64,000 nt of DNA from a virus: positions 7,654 through 71,653 of the IMG/VR virus record IMGVR_UViG_3300032246_002620. The stretch is one strand, 5' to 3'. Below the pieces are notes generated by a model. It did not search any database, was not told the DNA's origin, and worked only from the letters and a program-made list of their open reading frames with translations. Positions 18,106-27,915 of the stretch are shown in pieces. The position numbers and the translations under genes were made by a program. Numbering within the stretch: the stretch's first letter is position 1; every line of letters begins with the position of its first letter.

Positions 18106-19053
18106 ATGACGCTTCAGATGCCCATGAACTTCAAGTACACCCGGCAGGGGCCAGATGGCTGGAAGTTCTATGGCACGCCAGGCACGCCGGCGACCACGAT
18201 GGACGCCATCATTCAGGGCCTGCGCACATCGACACTGCGTAAAGGGTTGAGCCGAGGCCTCGAGCCTGGCGCCAACGTGCTGTTCACGGATAACGATGGC
18301 CGCCGCCAGCCGGTGATCGTGACCGGCAAGCGCATGGTCGATCCCTCGATGGCGGAGGAATTGTCCAGAACCGAGCGCTGGACACCGGAGTTCCTGCGCT
18401 GGTACATGAGCCAGAACGGCCTGGACAACGGTCGGATGGAGCAGCTGCTGTACCAACTGCCAAGCCAGGGCGTGATTGCAACCCCGCGCATGGCCGGAGA
18501 CGCCTTGATCGCCGCGACTGCAACGCCGACCGGGCCGATCTGGGCCTTTGGCGGGGCAAGAGCTACTCCGCCGGACGTGCTTGAGCTGATCTCCCAGATC
18601 GGCAAGAAGCATGCCGAGAGCGGCGGACGCATCGTCCATGGCGGAGCCCCTGGCGCAGATCGCGCTGCATCGCGGCTGGTGAGCAATCCAGAGGCGCTGT
18701 CGATCCTTCTGCCTGGTCCCAGTGATCCCCGCGGGCCGGATCCTCAGTACGCCGGGGGACGCGTCTTCGACGCCAGTCAGCTTCCAACTTGGCAGCAGGC
18801 TCACGCGATCGCCAGGCAGTACGAAGACCCGTACCGCCCGGGCGGACGGAACTACAACGCCCGCAACGTGATGGTGCTGCTGGGGCCCAGGCTTGATGCA
18901 CCTCGAGAGAAGCTCGTGGTCTGGTCACCGGGCGCGCAAGCCATTGGTGGCACTGGCCACGCCATCCGCACCGCCGAGGGCTACGGGATCCCGGTACGGA
19001 ACCTGGCGGACCCCGCGATTCGTGCTGCCGCGGAGCAGTGGCTGAGTGCCTGA
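18106..19053 (+). CDS. ASCH/PUA-like domain fused to SLOG (DprA/YspA-like) domain
   Basis: TTMDAIIQGLRTSTLRK N-domain; FGGARATP, VHGGAPGAD, ARNVMVLLG, GGTGHAIRTA..YGIPVRNL. Confidence 0.75.
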   Translation: MTLQMPMNFKYTRQGPDGWKFYGTPGTPATTMDAIIQGLRTSTLRKGLSRGLEPGANVLFTDNDGRRQPVIVTGKRMVDPSMAEELSRTERWTPEFLRWYMSQNGLDNGRMEQLLYQLPSQGVIATPRMAGDALIAATATPTGPIWAFGGARATPPDVLELISQIGKKHAESGGRIVHGGAPGADRAASRLVSNPEALSILLPGPSDPRGPDPQYAGGRVFDASQLPTWQQAHAIARQYEDPYRPGGRNYNARNVMVLLGPRLDAPREKLVVWSPGAQAIGGTGHAIRTAEGYGIPVRNLADPAIRAAAEQWLSA

Positions 19054-19098
19054 GCGGCAGCCGGACAAAGTAGAGTTTGCCGCCCAAGTTTCCCTAGC

Positions 19099-19296
19099 AT
19101 GACCGTGTCCGCCACGCCGACTGCCCTGGCACGCGAAGCCATCACGCTGTTCTATTTCCTGCGGGATTGCGCGATGGGTACCGCAGTGCACGGGGAGAAA
19201 GCTGCCAGCATCCGCTACGACCGACTCGCTGGCCTCGCCCTGAAGCGCTATGAACGCCGGTACCGCAAAGCCGTTGCCCCAGCTGAGCAATCTTGA
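19099..19296 (+). CDS. Hypothetical protein
   Basis: Short basic ORF after CCTAGCAT; start uncertain. Confidence 0.4.
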   Translation: MTVSATPTALAREAITLFYFLRDCAMGTAVHGEKAASIRYDRLAGLALKRYERRYRKAVAPAEQS

Positions 19297-20290
19297 ATTG
19301 CTGGCAGCAATCCTTTCGCCCAGTGCTGGCAAGGTCCCGCAGCTGGAGCTTCAAAGCGCGTTCTTTGAGCCGGCCGGCCCGAGGGTGCTTGATCCGATCG
19401 CTGCAGCTGCTGAGCAGTCAGATCCTCGATACCTTGCAGTTGCTCAGGCGATCGACGCTGCTGCGGCGGAGCGGAGGTTCCGCCCACTGGATCGGGGCGC
19501 TGCCGCTGCAGACTTACTGACCAGCCGATTGATGGCCGGGAGCAGGGTAAATGAACTGCTCACCGCATTACTTGGTCCAGGCGGTGCTATTAAGCCTAAT
19601 TTCTCGGGCTTCCAAAAGGAACAGGGACGGATGTATCCAGTCGCCCCTGGCGTGCAGTACAAGTCTCAGCTCGTCCCAGCACGTGTTGGCGGAGGACGTG
19701 GTGGGAGGGTTGAGTTCATCAGCTTTGATGACACGCCGATGGCGGACTGGGATATTCCATCCGACTATCACGCTGCGAGCAATGTGACCGTGCGGCACCT
19801 GGGCGACGTCGAGGAGTTGGCGCGCGGTCACGTCGAGAAGCATCCCGACTCAATTCTTCAGCTATACCAGACTCCGGGCGGGTTCCGGGCCTGGGAACTT
19901 GGGAGGCGCCAAACACCGGCGGAGTATGGGCCAGAGGCTGAAGAGATGAAGGTTGACGGCGACTACATTCGCATCGCACAGGACCCCAGAGCCTGGGAAG
20001 TTGAAGGTCTACAGATGGGTGGCCCCCGTTTCTCGAGTCGAATTTCAGGTAAGCCCGGCCGCGCCAACGACTGGGTAGCACAGCCACTGCTGACCATCGC
20101 CGGACAAGAGGCAATGCCGGATCCGGTCAGTGTCGGCAGGGTCCGGCAATTCCACGATCAACCAATTCAGCGCGCCTACCTGGGCGAAGGAGGTGCAAAC
20201 CCTCACGCCATGGAGGCTCTGCGGGGACAAGCCCCTACGGCGTCAGCTGCGCTGCGAAACGAGCTGATGCGCCGTCGCCTGCTGAGCTAA
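19250..20290 (+). CDS. Protein with AEP/primase-like fold (start uncertain)
   Basis: PMADWD (DxD), LYQTPGGFRAW, VDGDY, SRISGKPGR. Confidence 0.55.
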   Translation: MNAGTAKPLPQLSNLELLAAILSPSAGKVPQLELQSAFFEPAGPRVLDPIAAAAEQSDPRYLAVAQAIDAAAAERRFRPLDRGAAAADLLTSRLMAGSRVNELLTALLGPGGAIKPNFSGFQKEQGRMYPVAPGVQYKSQLVPARVGGGRGGRVEFISFDDTPMADWDIPSDYHAASNVTVRHLGDVEELARGHVEKHPDSILQLYQTPGGFRAWELGRRQTPAEYGPEAEEMKVDGDYIRIAQDPRAWEVEGLQMGGPRFSSRISGKPGRANDWVAQPLLTIAGQEAMPDPVSVGRVRQFHDQPIQRAYLGEGGANPHAMEALRGQAPTASAALRNELMRRRLLS

Positions 20291-20350
20291 AAGCTTGAGC
20301 TGCTCTCGTTAGCCTGGGCTGGCGCCTGACAACCAGCGAGACCGAAGCCT

Positions 20351-20677
20351 GTGTCGCACAGAATCGAAGGGTCGGAGCTGGTCTCAAAACGTGTCACCAA
20401 GAACAGTTTCAGGCGAGAGATCATCAACGCCTGGGACGGGTGCTGCGCCTACTGCGGCTGCCAGCCCGAGAAGGTGACCCTTGACCATGTGATTCCGAAG
20501 GCCAAGGGCGGGGCAACGCAGAAGGGGAACCTGGTACCAGCCTGCGCTCCATGCAACGTCTCGAAGAACCACTGCGATGTCTGGCAGTGGTACACAGAGC
20601 AGCCGTTCCACTGCGCCACCAGGGAGGGAGTGATCAGGAAATGGCTGGAATCCCCCGCCCCCGCGGACGGGGGTTGA
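20351..20677 (+). CDS. HNH endonuclease
   Basis: CAYCG..TLDHVIPKAKGG...NLVPACAPCNVSK. Confidence 0.92.
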   Translation: MSHRIEGSELVSKRVTKNSFRREIINAWDGCCAYCGCQPEKVTLDHVIPKAKGGATQKGNLVPACAPCNVSKNHCDVWQWYTEQPFHCATREGVIRKWLESPAPADGG

Positions 20678-20692
20678 GCGGCTGCCTGGCGA

Positions 20693-20926
20693 TCAGAAGT
20701 AACCAGCAACGGCACCAACCGGCACGATGGGGATGCCAGCGCCGCGGACGATCAGGCAGCCGTAGTTGCCCTGGCCGCAGCTGTTGTTCATGAGTTTGCC
20801 GATGTTGCGGGCCCAGCCGTAGGCGCCGGCACCGAGGACTACGACAAGGATGAGGACGAGAATGCCGGTGGAGACAACCTCGGGTTCAAGGCCGAATGAG
20901 CGAGAGGAGTTCCTGGGGCCGTCCAT
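20693..20926 (-). CDS. Small membrane protein
   Basis: TM helix, GWARNIGKL...VRGAGIPIVPVGAVAGYF. Confidence 0.65.
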   Translation of the reverse strand: MDGPRNSSRSFGLEPEVVSTGILVLILVVVLGAGAYGWARNIGKLMNNSCGQGNYGCLIVRGAGIPIVPVGAVAGYF

Positions 20927-21001
20927 GAAACGGCTTGAGATGCAGAGGTGTTCTACAGGAACGGCGGGCGGATTGCAAGCCGTGGCAGGCGCCAGCAACT
21001 C

Positions 21002-21199
21002 CTAGCCCCACTTGCTGGCGTTGCGGGCAAAGTTGGCCTTCTTGACCAGGCCAGGGCTGTGCTCGTCCTTGTGAGCCAGGACGTGCCGGGCGTAGTCCTG
21101 CACGTCCATGCCGGCCTTGGTGGCAGAGGCGGTGAAGGATCCCTTCGTGCCGCCCTGCGACATAGCTCTGTGCATGCGCTCACCAGCAAAACGGGTCAT
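21002..21199 (-). CDS. Small basic protein with N-terminal RFAG and KKANFARNA motif
   Basis: MTRFAG...KGSFTASATKAGMDVQDYARHVLAHKDEHSPGLVKKANFARNASKW. Confidence 0.8.
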   Translation of the reverse strand: MTRFAGERMHRAMSQGGTKGSFTASATKAGMDVQDYARHVLAHKDEHSPGLVKKANFARNASKWG

Positions 21200-21357
21200 G
21201 AGTGTTGCGGTTGCTCCTGATCCCGCATCATCATGACGGCCGGGATCCCGCCTGCGGCGGTGCCGTAGAGGCCAGTAGCCCCCAGCCCCAGCTGAGCGAG
21301 AGTGTTGATAGCCAATGCGTGCAGGTCTGAATCGCTGCCCGCAAAACGCGTGTTCAT
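21196..21357 (-). CDS. 53-aa RFAG-tagged Gly-zipper microprotein (not in ORF track)
   Basis: MNTRFAGSDSDLHALAINTLAQLGLGATGLYGTAAGGIPAVMMMRDQEQPQHS; ATGA overlap with next gene. Confidence 0.7.
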   Translation of the reverse strand: MNTRFAGSDSDLHALAINTLAQLGLGATGLYGTAAGGIPAVMMMRDQEQPQHS

Positions 21358-21360
21358 GAC

Positions 21361-21579
21361 TCAGCGCCCCTGAGCAGGCTGCTGCTGCCCCTGCGGCATG
21401 GACCGCTGGTTGGGTCGCTGCCCGGGACGATAGCCGGCCTGGAGGTTGGAGTCGCCTTGCTGCTGATCAGCTGGCTGTCCGTCCTTGCCGCGGCGGACCA
21501 TTTGCTTCGCGCGGTTCTTGTGCTTGCTGAGGACGCGCTGACGATCGTCAGGGGTACCGCCTTGCTGCGGGTTGTTCAT
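21361..21579 (-). CDS. Q-rich hypothetical protein
   Basis: Coupled ORF. Confidence 0.55.
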   Translation of the reverse strand: MNNPQQGGTPDDRQRVLSKHKNRAKQMVRRGKDGQPADQQQGDSNLQAGYRPGQRPNQRSMPQGQQQPAQGR

Positions 21580-22391
21580 GCGGCGATCAAGAGCTTCTCG
21601 CTCATGCTAGAAGACGTCTCCACTTCGCTCGCTTGGGCACTCGGCAGGGCAGCAAGCTCGTCCTCGAGGGCGACCAGGCGGTAGTAGTCGGCGACACGTT
21701 GCAGCCACTTGTAGCGCCAGGAGTGCAACTCGTGGCCGCGAAGCAGGAAGGACTGAGTGGTTTCAGGAGTTGTAACCAGGATCTGAGCCATCTCAACCGA
21801 GATCCCGAGGGTCTCTTCCAAGGCAATGGCGTAGGCGCCCAGCTGGAGAGCGCACTTGTTGAATTTCATCCAGCCGCCGTAGAACTCGCGGCTCAGGTCG
21901 CCCTTAGGGAAGTAGCGGCAGTAGCGACCGTTGCTCGACTTGACGTCAGAAAGGGTGACGATGCCCCGGCGGACGCCGACGATGTCCGGGCAACCGCAGA
22001 AGCCGTGCTTGTGGGACCAGATACGCGAAATGCCGTCATCTCCAGTGCAAAAGGCCCAGTTGGGGTGCAGAGGCTTCTCCGACCAGATGAAATGATCGAA
22101 GGCGTCGAGATGGGGAGCGACGCCATCCCAGTAGGGAAGGAGATGGGGAGGGACGTCGACGGCCTTGCCCCGCAGGTAGTCTTCGCAGGCCTTATGGATG
22201 ATTGATCCGCGCTGGGCTGCAGCGACATTCCCGCCGGGGTTCTTGAGATTCCACTGCTCGAGAGTCTGCTTGGACTTGGCGCTGGCGGTCTTGCCAAGGA
22301 TTGCAGTGACAGAAGGGTAGAAGCGATCGGGCTGGTCGCCGGTTCGGTAGTGACGGACACCATCAATTTCGAACCGGGTCGGCCGCGTCAC
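21576..22391 (-). CDS. PD-(D/E)XK exonuclease
   Basis: YPSVTAIL, RGSIIH..CEDYL, GCPD..., LSDVKSS, QLGAYAIA; GTG start after GGAGG. Confidence 0.88.
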   Translation of the reverse strand: MTRPTRFEIDGVRHYRTGDQPDRFYPSVTAILGKTASAKSKQTLEQWNLKNPGGNVAAAQRGSIIHKACEDYLRGKAVDVPPHLLPYWDGVAPHLDAFDHFIWSEKPLHPNWAFCTGDDGISRIWSHKHGFCGCPDIVGVRRGIVTLSDVKSSNGRYCRYFPKGDLSREFYGGWMKFNKCALQLGAYAIALEETLGISVEMAQILVTTPETTQSFLLRGHELHSWRYKWLQRVADYYRLVALEDELAALPSAQASEVETSSSMSEKLLIAA

Positions 22392-22487
22392 CTCCACCTC
22401 CTCTTTCGGAGAATGTAGCGAGTCTGGAGAGACGCGAAATTGGAAGCCTCCCGCGAAGGAGGCTGCAGTCAGCAGAAGCGATCGCAA

Positions 22488-22943
22488 TCAGCCGCTAGCG
22501 CTTGCCTGGTCAGGCGGCTTGATGTCGCCGCAATTCGCTTCGAGGTAGTCAATGACGCCCCGCTCGCCTTGGTAGGCGTCGAGAGTGCGCAAAAGCTGGC
22601 GAGCCATGACAGCCGCGCCCTTGGTCATCTCATCGAGGTAGTCGCCCTCTTTGGGAAGGGTGCCATCGATCCGATCGCCAAGGATCGGACCCAAGATGGC
22701 GGCATAGACCAGGACCAAGGGGCTGACCTGGTAGGCCTGGAACGAGGAGCCGCCCGACGTGAATCCTTCGAGCAGTCGGGCAACCTCGCTCAAGCTCTGG
22801 CTGATCTGCCGCTGCTGCTCGCTTTGCCCCTGAGCGTGAACGAGGAGAGCGGCAAGGTGCTCACGGATCCTCGTCAGCTCGCTCAGTTCGGTCGGGACAG
22901 GCTTCGGGGAGAGGCCCTTCTGGGTCGAGGATGACGGTTCCAT
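22488..22943 (-). CDS. Hypothetical protein
   Basis: GC3-biased ORF in operon. Confidence 0.6.
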   Translation of the reverse strand: MEPSSSTQKGLSPKPVPTELSELTRIREHLAALLVHAQGQSEQQRQISQSLSEVARLLEGFTSGGSSFQAYQVSPLVLVYAAILGPILGDRIDGTLPKEGDYLDEMTKGAAVMARQLLRTLDAYQGERGVIDYLEANCGDIKPPDQASASG

Positions 22944-23047
22944 CGAATAGCCGGCAGAGGTGCAAGGCGCCGCGTTCAGCTGGGCTCAGCTGCTGCCAAG
23001 CGCTGTTGACGCTCTGACGATCATGGCGGTTCAGGAGAGCCCTGACA

Positions 23048-23419
23048 TCAGAGCTGCGCGTGGCTCGCTGCAGAGCGAGCAGGATCGTCGGGTCGCAGGA
23101 CAAGGACGGCAATGAGGTTGTGTTGGAGAGAAAGAGCGCAGTCGCTCACGTGGCCTTCCGTCACCCCGGGGGCGTCAAGAATCTGACCACTGCCACGGAG
23201 CACCCCGAAGACGGAGGGAGCGAGGTGGGAGGCGGTAGCCGGAAGAAACAAAGCCTGAGCATAGGCTTTGGAGCCGGGCTTGTAAGGGTGGGCTACCGGG
23301 ACGACAAAGGACGGGAAGCCGAGCTGTGTCACCAGGTCCGCCAAAAGCTCTTCATGCGTTGGGCTGACGGGGAGTGACCGCGAGGCCAAGCCGGAAGTGG
23401 CTTCAGTCGCTGATGCCAT
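23048..23419 (-). CDS. Hypothetical protein
   Basis: ATG 23419 after CT-rich leader. Confidence 0.45.
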   Translation of the reverse strand: MASATEATSGLASRSLPVSPTHEELLADLVTQLGFPSFVVPVAHPYKPGSKAYAQALFLPATASHLAPSVFGVLRGSGQILDAPGVTEGHVSDCALSLQHNLIAVLVLRPDDPARSAASHAQL

Positions 23420-23535
23420 AGCGATGAAAGGCGAAGACAGGAAAGAGAGAGAGAGTACAGCAGGAAGCTCATTCTGGAGAAGCACTGGGCCGAGGCCAGG
23501 GAAGACTCGACCCAGTGCACAATGACGAACGTCTA

Positions 23536-24237
23536 CTACCAGCCCTCAGCCGGAACGGATGCAAGGTTCGTAACAGGCTGCTCGATTTCTTCGTCGGCGC
23601 CTAGTTCATCGCGACGGGTCAAGGGCTCGCAAGACGGAGCGCTGACGCCTGAAGGGCGGCCTTCGAAGGGGTCTCCCCCCTCAAAGAGGGAAGGGAGCCA
23701 GATAGAGGAAGCCCGAGAGCGCCACTGCTTGACCTCGGCGGCGCTGGGCGCCTTGAGGACGGGCGTCACGTCGTACTTGGTGTCGAGCATCAAGCCACGG
23801 CGAGTGACGGTCAAATAGAAATTGGCCATTTCGCCGTCCTTGATGGCATAGTCCTCAATACCAAGAACGGCTTCGATGGCTTCGCGAACCTTGAACTGGC
23901 CGATCTCAAGGACCTGGTAGTCGTCAGCCTCTTTGCGCCTGCAGACCCAAGCAAGGAAAAAGGTCGGCGTAGCTTTCTCCTCGGTCCCGTTCTTCTTGGC
24001 CTCATAGGTGAGACCGATGTCGTCCATGTAGTTCTTGGGCCAAGTGGGGAAGCGCCGAGGCCTGCCTTCCGCTGTGAAGTACTGGTAGCCAGCGATGCAG
24101 TGACCGCTGGTGGCAGTGCCGCAAAGGCGAACGGTCGTGGTCTCCCCGTTGGCAAGCTTCTTGAAGTCGAAGTACTTGGCGGGGATCGCGGGGTCGTCCT
24201 GGTTGGAGCGAACGTAGTTGCTGGGGAAGATCGACAT
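23536..24237 (-). CDS. Phage ssDNA-binding protein (gp32-like)
   Basis: KLANGETTTVRL...YQVLEI...LTVTRRG.LDTKYDVTP; acidic tail ending in W. Confidence 0.65.
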   Translation of the reverse strand: MSIFPSNYVRSNQDDPAIPAKYFDFKKLANGETTTVRLCGTATSGHCIAGYQYFTAEGRPRRFPTWPKNYMDDIGLTYEAKKNGTEEKATPTFFLAWVCRRKEADDYQVLEIGQFKVREAIEAVLGIEDYAIKDGEMANFYLTVTRRGLMLDTKYDVTPVLKAPSAAEVKQWRSRASSIWLPSLFEGGDPFEGRPSGVSAPSCEPLTRRDELGADEEIEQPVTNLASVPAEGW

Positions 24238-24279
24238 GGGTTGGAGCAGGGTTGCTTGAAGGGACGAAAAACGCAGGCA

Positions 24280-24960
24280 CTACCAGTTGATCGGGCACTC
24301 GTCGGGCTGGCCCTGGAAGGACTCGTGGTCGTAACCGACAGCGCTGGTACCAGCAGCGGGGTTGCTGCCGCCCTTGGAGCCGCGATGCACGCGAACCAGG
24401 CGGGCCTTGACTTCGCTGTAGGGCTTGCCTTCAGCATTGGTCATCTGGGTGAAGCAGCCGTTGATTTCAACGAGCGCTCCAACGTCGGCAGCTGTCAAGC
24501 GATCCTTGGTGAACCCAAAAGCACGAATGGAGAACCAGTCGGTGACTTCAATGGGCTCCTGGGCCGCAGGGTCAGGGCTTCGGTAGAAGCGATTCACGGC
24601 GACGGAGCGCCGGGTTGACTTGCCGCTCTCGGCATCTTTGGCATCGCTGCCGATGCGGCCGACGATGACGACCTCGTTGAGGTACTGGTCATCGAAAGCG
24701 CTGGAGACGACGGATGCCGTGATGATCGGCACGTCGCCATCCGGCTGCTGCAGGCTGGCCTCGCCAGAGACGATCAAACGATCGCCTGGGTTCCGTTCAG
24801 CCAGGGCCCTGGCGGCGACGCTGTCGGCGTAGGCGCGAAGCAAGATGGTCACGGGTTCCTGACCGCAGATGGCAGCCGCAGCTTGCAGGTAGTCTTTGCC
24901 TTCGGCGGAAAAGGCGGAAACCTTTTCGCTCAGGGCAACGATTGATGAGGCATAGCTCAT
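24280..24960 (-). CDS. Tandem double-OB-fold SSB-like protein
   Basis: Two SSB-like repeats (GDRLIVSGE; NEVVIVGRIGSD...TDWFSIRAFG...GALVEING). Confidence 0.75.
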   Translation of the reverse strand: MSYASSIVALSEKVSAFSAEGKDYLQAAAAICGQEPVTILLRAYADSVAARALAERNPGDRLIVSGEASLQQPDGDVPIITASVVSSAFDDQYLNEVVIVGRIGSDAKDAESGKSTRRSVAVNRFYRSPDPAAQEPIEVTDWFSIRAFGFTKDRLTAADVGALVEINGCFTQMTNAEGKPYSEVKARLVRVHRGSKGGSNPAAGTSAVGYDHESFQGQPDECPINW

Positions 24961-25024
24961 GAGATGCTGCAGGGGGCACGCCAGCATAGGTCGATTGCCT
25001 GCCTTGGCAAGCACTCTGGATGGG

Positions 25025-25666
25025 CTAGCGGGCGGCGGCGTATTCGGCCAACCAGCCGGGGGCGGTGGGGATGGGCTGCGCGGTTTGCGGCATCAGCAGA
25101 ACGACGATCTGAAGGTCTTCTCGCTGCAGGCGCAAGGGGCCGCCGTCGTACCCGGAGATGACCAGAGAGTCGCCGTCCTCGACCATGGCCTTGACGGCGG
25201 CCAGGAGCAGGCCGAGGTCGTAGCGACCGGCGGTCGTGGAGACGGCAGGAGTGGTCCCCCAGCGGTCGAGGGCTGCGGCGATGGCGGGCCTGTAGCAAGG
25301 AAGGTCTCGTGAGGCGCTGACCTTGAAATCCCTGTGGGTGTTGTGGGCCTTGTAGTAGGTGGTCACTCGAGCTGTGAGGCCCGCGACGTCGTCGCCTTCG
25401 ATGCAGATGTCGCGTTCGCCGGTCTTGATGCCCTTGGCCGCCAAGGTCAGCTTGGAACTTGGAAACAGCAGGATGCTGTCGTCACCACGTCCGCGTGGGT
25501 CGTAGCCGATCATGCCAACAGCGCCGCGGTTGAAGGCGGCAACAGTGATGCCGGACTCCGGGTCTCCGGCACGCAAGGGCGCAATCTCGACCCCTTTGTC
25601 GGCACCGTACTTGCCAGTGAAGGCGGCAGCGCAAGAGAGGAGCGAGGAGTTGAGCGTCAGCCGCAT
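25025..25666 (-). CDS. DNA polymerase beta-clamp-like protein
   Basis: ITVAAFN (VATDG-like), LPCYRPAI (FPDYRRVI-like), GPLRL, VVLLMP. Confidence 0.55.
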   Translation of the reverse strand: MRLTLNSSLLSCAAAFTGKYGADKGVEIAPLRAGDPESGITVAAFNRGAVGMIGYDPRGRGDDSILLFPSSKLTLAAKGIKTGERDICIEGDDVAGLTARVTTYYKAHNTHRDFKVSASRDLPCYRPAIAAALDRWGTTPAVSTTAGRYDLGLLLAAVKAMVEDGDSLVISGYDGGPLRLQREDLQIVVLLMPQTAQPIPTAPGWLAEYAAAR

Positions 25667-25946
25667 GGGGGCAAGTCGTCAGTGGTGGGCACCCAGATCC
25701 AGGGCAGCTGGCGCTGCTCCAAGTGCTGATTGGCGTGGTCGATCTCGTGAGGGAGAACGTAGGGAGTCAGGCCGCTGGCACTCACGGGCTCGCGAGTATC
25801 GCGATGGACCAGGCGAATGCGAAGGTAGCCCATTGTGCGAGCCAGAGCTAGCAGCCTAGGCAGGCACTCTGGGCCGCTTGCTGCCGGAGCGGTTTCGCCA
25901 AAACGCGATTCCTAGGATGTGCGGAACGCTCACAGCACCGCCGACG

Positions 25947-26126
25947 ATGGGCCCAGAAGCAATCATTGCCCTGGTAGCTCTTGGCAGCTCAGGCGTCGTA
26001 GCTCTTTGGAAGATCGCCAACGGCCTTGGGCGCTTTGAAGCCAGGACCGGGACGATCCTCGAGGGCATCCAGCGGATGCTGGGCGACCACGAGAATCGCC
26101 TGCGGGACTTGGAGCAGGATCGCTAG
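25947..26126 (+). CDS. Small membrane protein with coiled coil (holin/XhlA-like)
   Basis: TM helix then DHENRLRDLE; CCTAGGAT upstream at 25911. Confidence 0.7.
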   Translation: MGPEAIIALVALGSSGVVALWKIANGLGRFEARTGTILEGIQRMLGDHENRLRDLEQDR

Positions 26127-26771
26127 GAGACGGCCTGAACCTCAACCAGGCCGCCGTGATCGCGAAGCAAGACGACGCGGAGGGTGCCGCCGCAAAGACG
26201 GGTTGCGTCGTCCATCAGGTCAAAGGCGCCGGCGCGGGTGTCGAAGGAATCGGCGCTGCTGAGGGCACAGAACTCGGGGGCCCTGCTATTGGGGTTCATG
26301 CGAACCCCGAAGCCCCAGCTGCTGCCGTCATGGGCTTCGACGCGGTAGGTGACGGTGTTCATGGAGGTCAATCGGTAGAGACGAGCCGAACGGCCGTGAT
26401 CTGTGCATCGGCTGGAACCTTAGGGTCCTTGCCGCGGACGTGATCGAAGAAGTGCTCGGCGGCCTCCTCGCAGGAGGCGCATTCTTCGATACCGACAAAG
26501 CCAAAGCGCCCGCAGGGGCGTTCCCAAACAACGGAGTAAGTGTTGTTTGGCTTGGTGGGGCTGGTCATACGAGGTGGTAGTTGGGGTCGTTGGGGGAGAA
26601 ACGTCGGACGTAAGCGGGCTCGAGGATCTGCAGCCATTGTGTGGCTGTGAAGCTGCGACCACTTTGCTGGTTGAGCTCCAGGGTGGCCAGAGGGAATCCG
26701 TGGGCGAGTCCCTCGGCCTCCAGAGCGAGAGCGGTGCACAGGCGCAGGAGGCAGTGGCTGGTGATCTCGAT
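26123..26771 (-). CDS. Three small hypothetical early genes (26123-26371, 26368-about 26568, 26565-about 26771)
   Basis: Tightly coupled small ORFs. Confidence 0.5.
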
Positions 26772-26775
26772 GGAC

Positions 26776-27561
26776 TCAGGCAGCAAGCTGCCTCTTGCGC
26801 TTGGATCCGTAGCCGGTGAAGTCGCCAGAGCGCCGGCGAGAGGCAATGGCCTGAGCGGCCGCGCTGCCAGCGGGCTGCATGCCGTGACTGAGGTGGCAGA
26901 AGTGGACGGGCTCGTCCTGCCAGGCCAGCCGGTCGGTGGTGTCGATCGGCAGGCCCATGCGTTCGGCTTCGGCGCGGGTGTGGAGCACCCGGGCGGTGCG
27001 GGGGAAGAGGGGTGCGAGGTAATCGAACTTGCCGCCCCAGGATGCCACGACGCGTAGGTTGTCGGGCAGGTCGATCACCCGCTCGTAAGAGGGGGCAAGC
27101 AGCGGCAGGTTCTTGGTGTAGAAGTAGTGTGTGAGTTCCTTGGTTTCGCGGCAAGCCTGGAAGATGGCGTCTCGCAAGACGACCGAGTAGAGGTCGCCGC
27201 CAGTGAACCAGCGGACGTGGGTGCTCTTGTGATCGAGGACGGCGCCAATACCGGCCAGCAGGAGGTCGGTGGCCTCATTGGGGTTGAGGCCGCGAAGGAT
27301 GTCGAAGTTCCGCCAGCGACTGGCGCGAACACTGGAGCGGAAGTTCTCGATCGAGGCCTCGTAGCAGCGGAAGGTTTGCTGCGGGCCGTCGCTGATCTTG
27401 CCGGTCTCCCGGTCCGCCAGGGCCAGGCACTGAAGAGCGCCAGGGCAGGTGTGACCGGATGGCAACGCGAAGGTCAGCGTCGAGTCGGGGAGCTTGCCGT
27501 TGCCACGGCCGAACTGAGGGATGCCGCGCTGGAAGTGAGAAGCGGTGCGTGAGAGATTCAT
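26776..27561 (-). CDS. GP88-like protein
   Basis: FALPSGHTCPGALQC...RCYEAS...VRWFTGGD...YFYTK. Confidence 0.8.
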   Translation of the reverse strand: MNLSRTASHFQRGIPQFGRGNGKLPDSTLTFALPSGHTCPGALQCLALADRETGKISDGPQQTFRCYEASIENFRSSVRASRWRNFDILRGLNPNEATDLLLAGIGAVLDHKSTHVRWFTGGDLYSVVLRDAIFQACRETKELTHYFYTKNLPLLAPSYERVIDLPDNLRVVASWGGKFDYLAPLFPRTARVLHTRAEAERMGLPIDTTDRLAWQDEPVHFCHLSHGMQPAGSAAAQAIASRRRSGDFTGYGSKRKRQLAA

Positions 27562-27690
27562 GAGAGGTCGAGAGGACACAAGAAAGCCCGACCCGCCGCG
27601 GCTGCTGCCTGGGCGAATCGGGCTGGTTGTTGAAGCTGGGGATGGGCCCGGGGCTGGCAGTTACCTGCTGGTCACCCTGGATTCAGCTGC

Positions 27691-27861
27691 TCAGGATTGA
27701 GCATGGGTAGCAAGGCGGTTGAGGTGTTGCTGGAGGAGGAAGGACACCAGATTGGACACGGAGCGGCCTTCGTTGGACGAGTGAAAAACCAGGGCTTCGT
27801 GGGTCATCCAGGGGACCGTGACAGTGACACGAACGGGCTTGCGGGACTGGCTGGAAGACAT
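27691..27861 (-). CDS. Ribbon-helix-helix (CopG-like) DNA-binding protein (not in ORF track)
   Basis: RVTVTVPWMTHEALVFHSSNEGRSVSNLVSFLLQQ; cyanobacterial RHH pattern. Confidence 0.8.
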   Translation of the reverse strand: MSSSQSRKPVRVTVTVPWMTHEALVFHSSNEGRSVSNLVSFLLQQHLNRLATHAQS

Positions 27862-27915
27862 GGGAGGAGGGAGGGCGAGGGAGAAAAGTGATGGGTGTCA
27901 AGAGCTTGAAGATGA

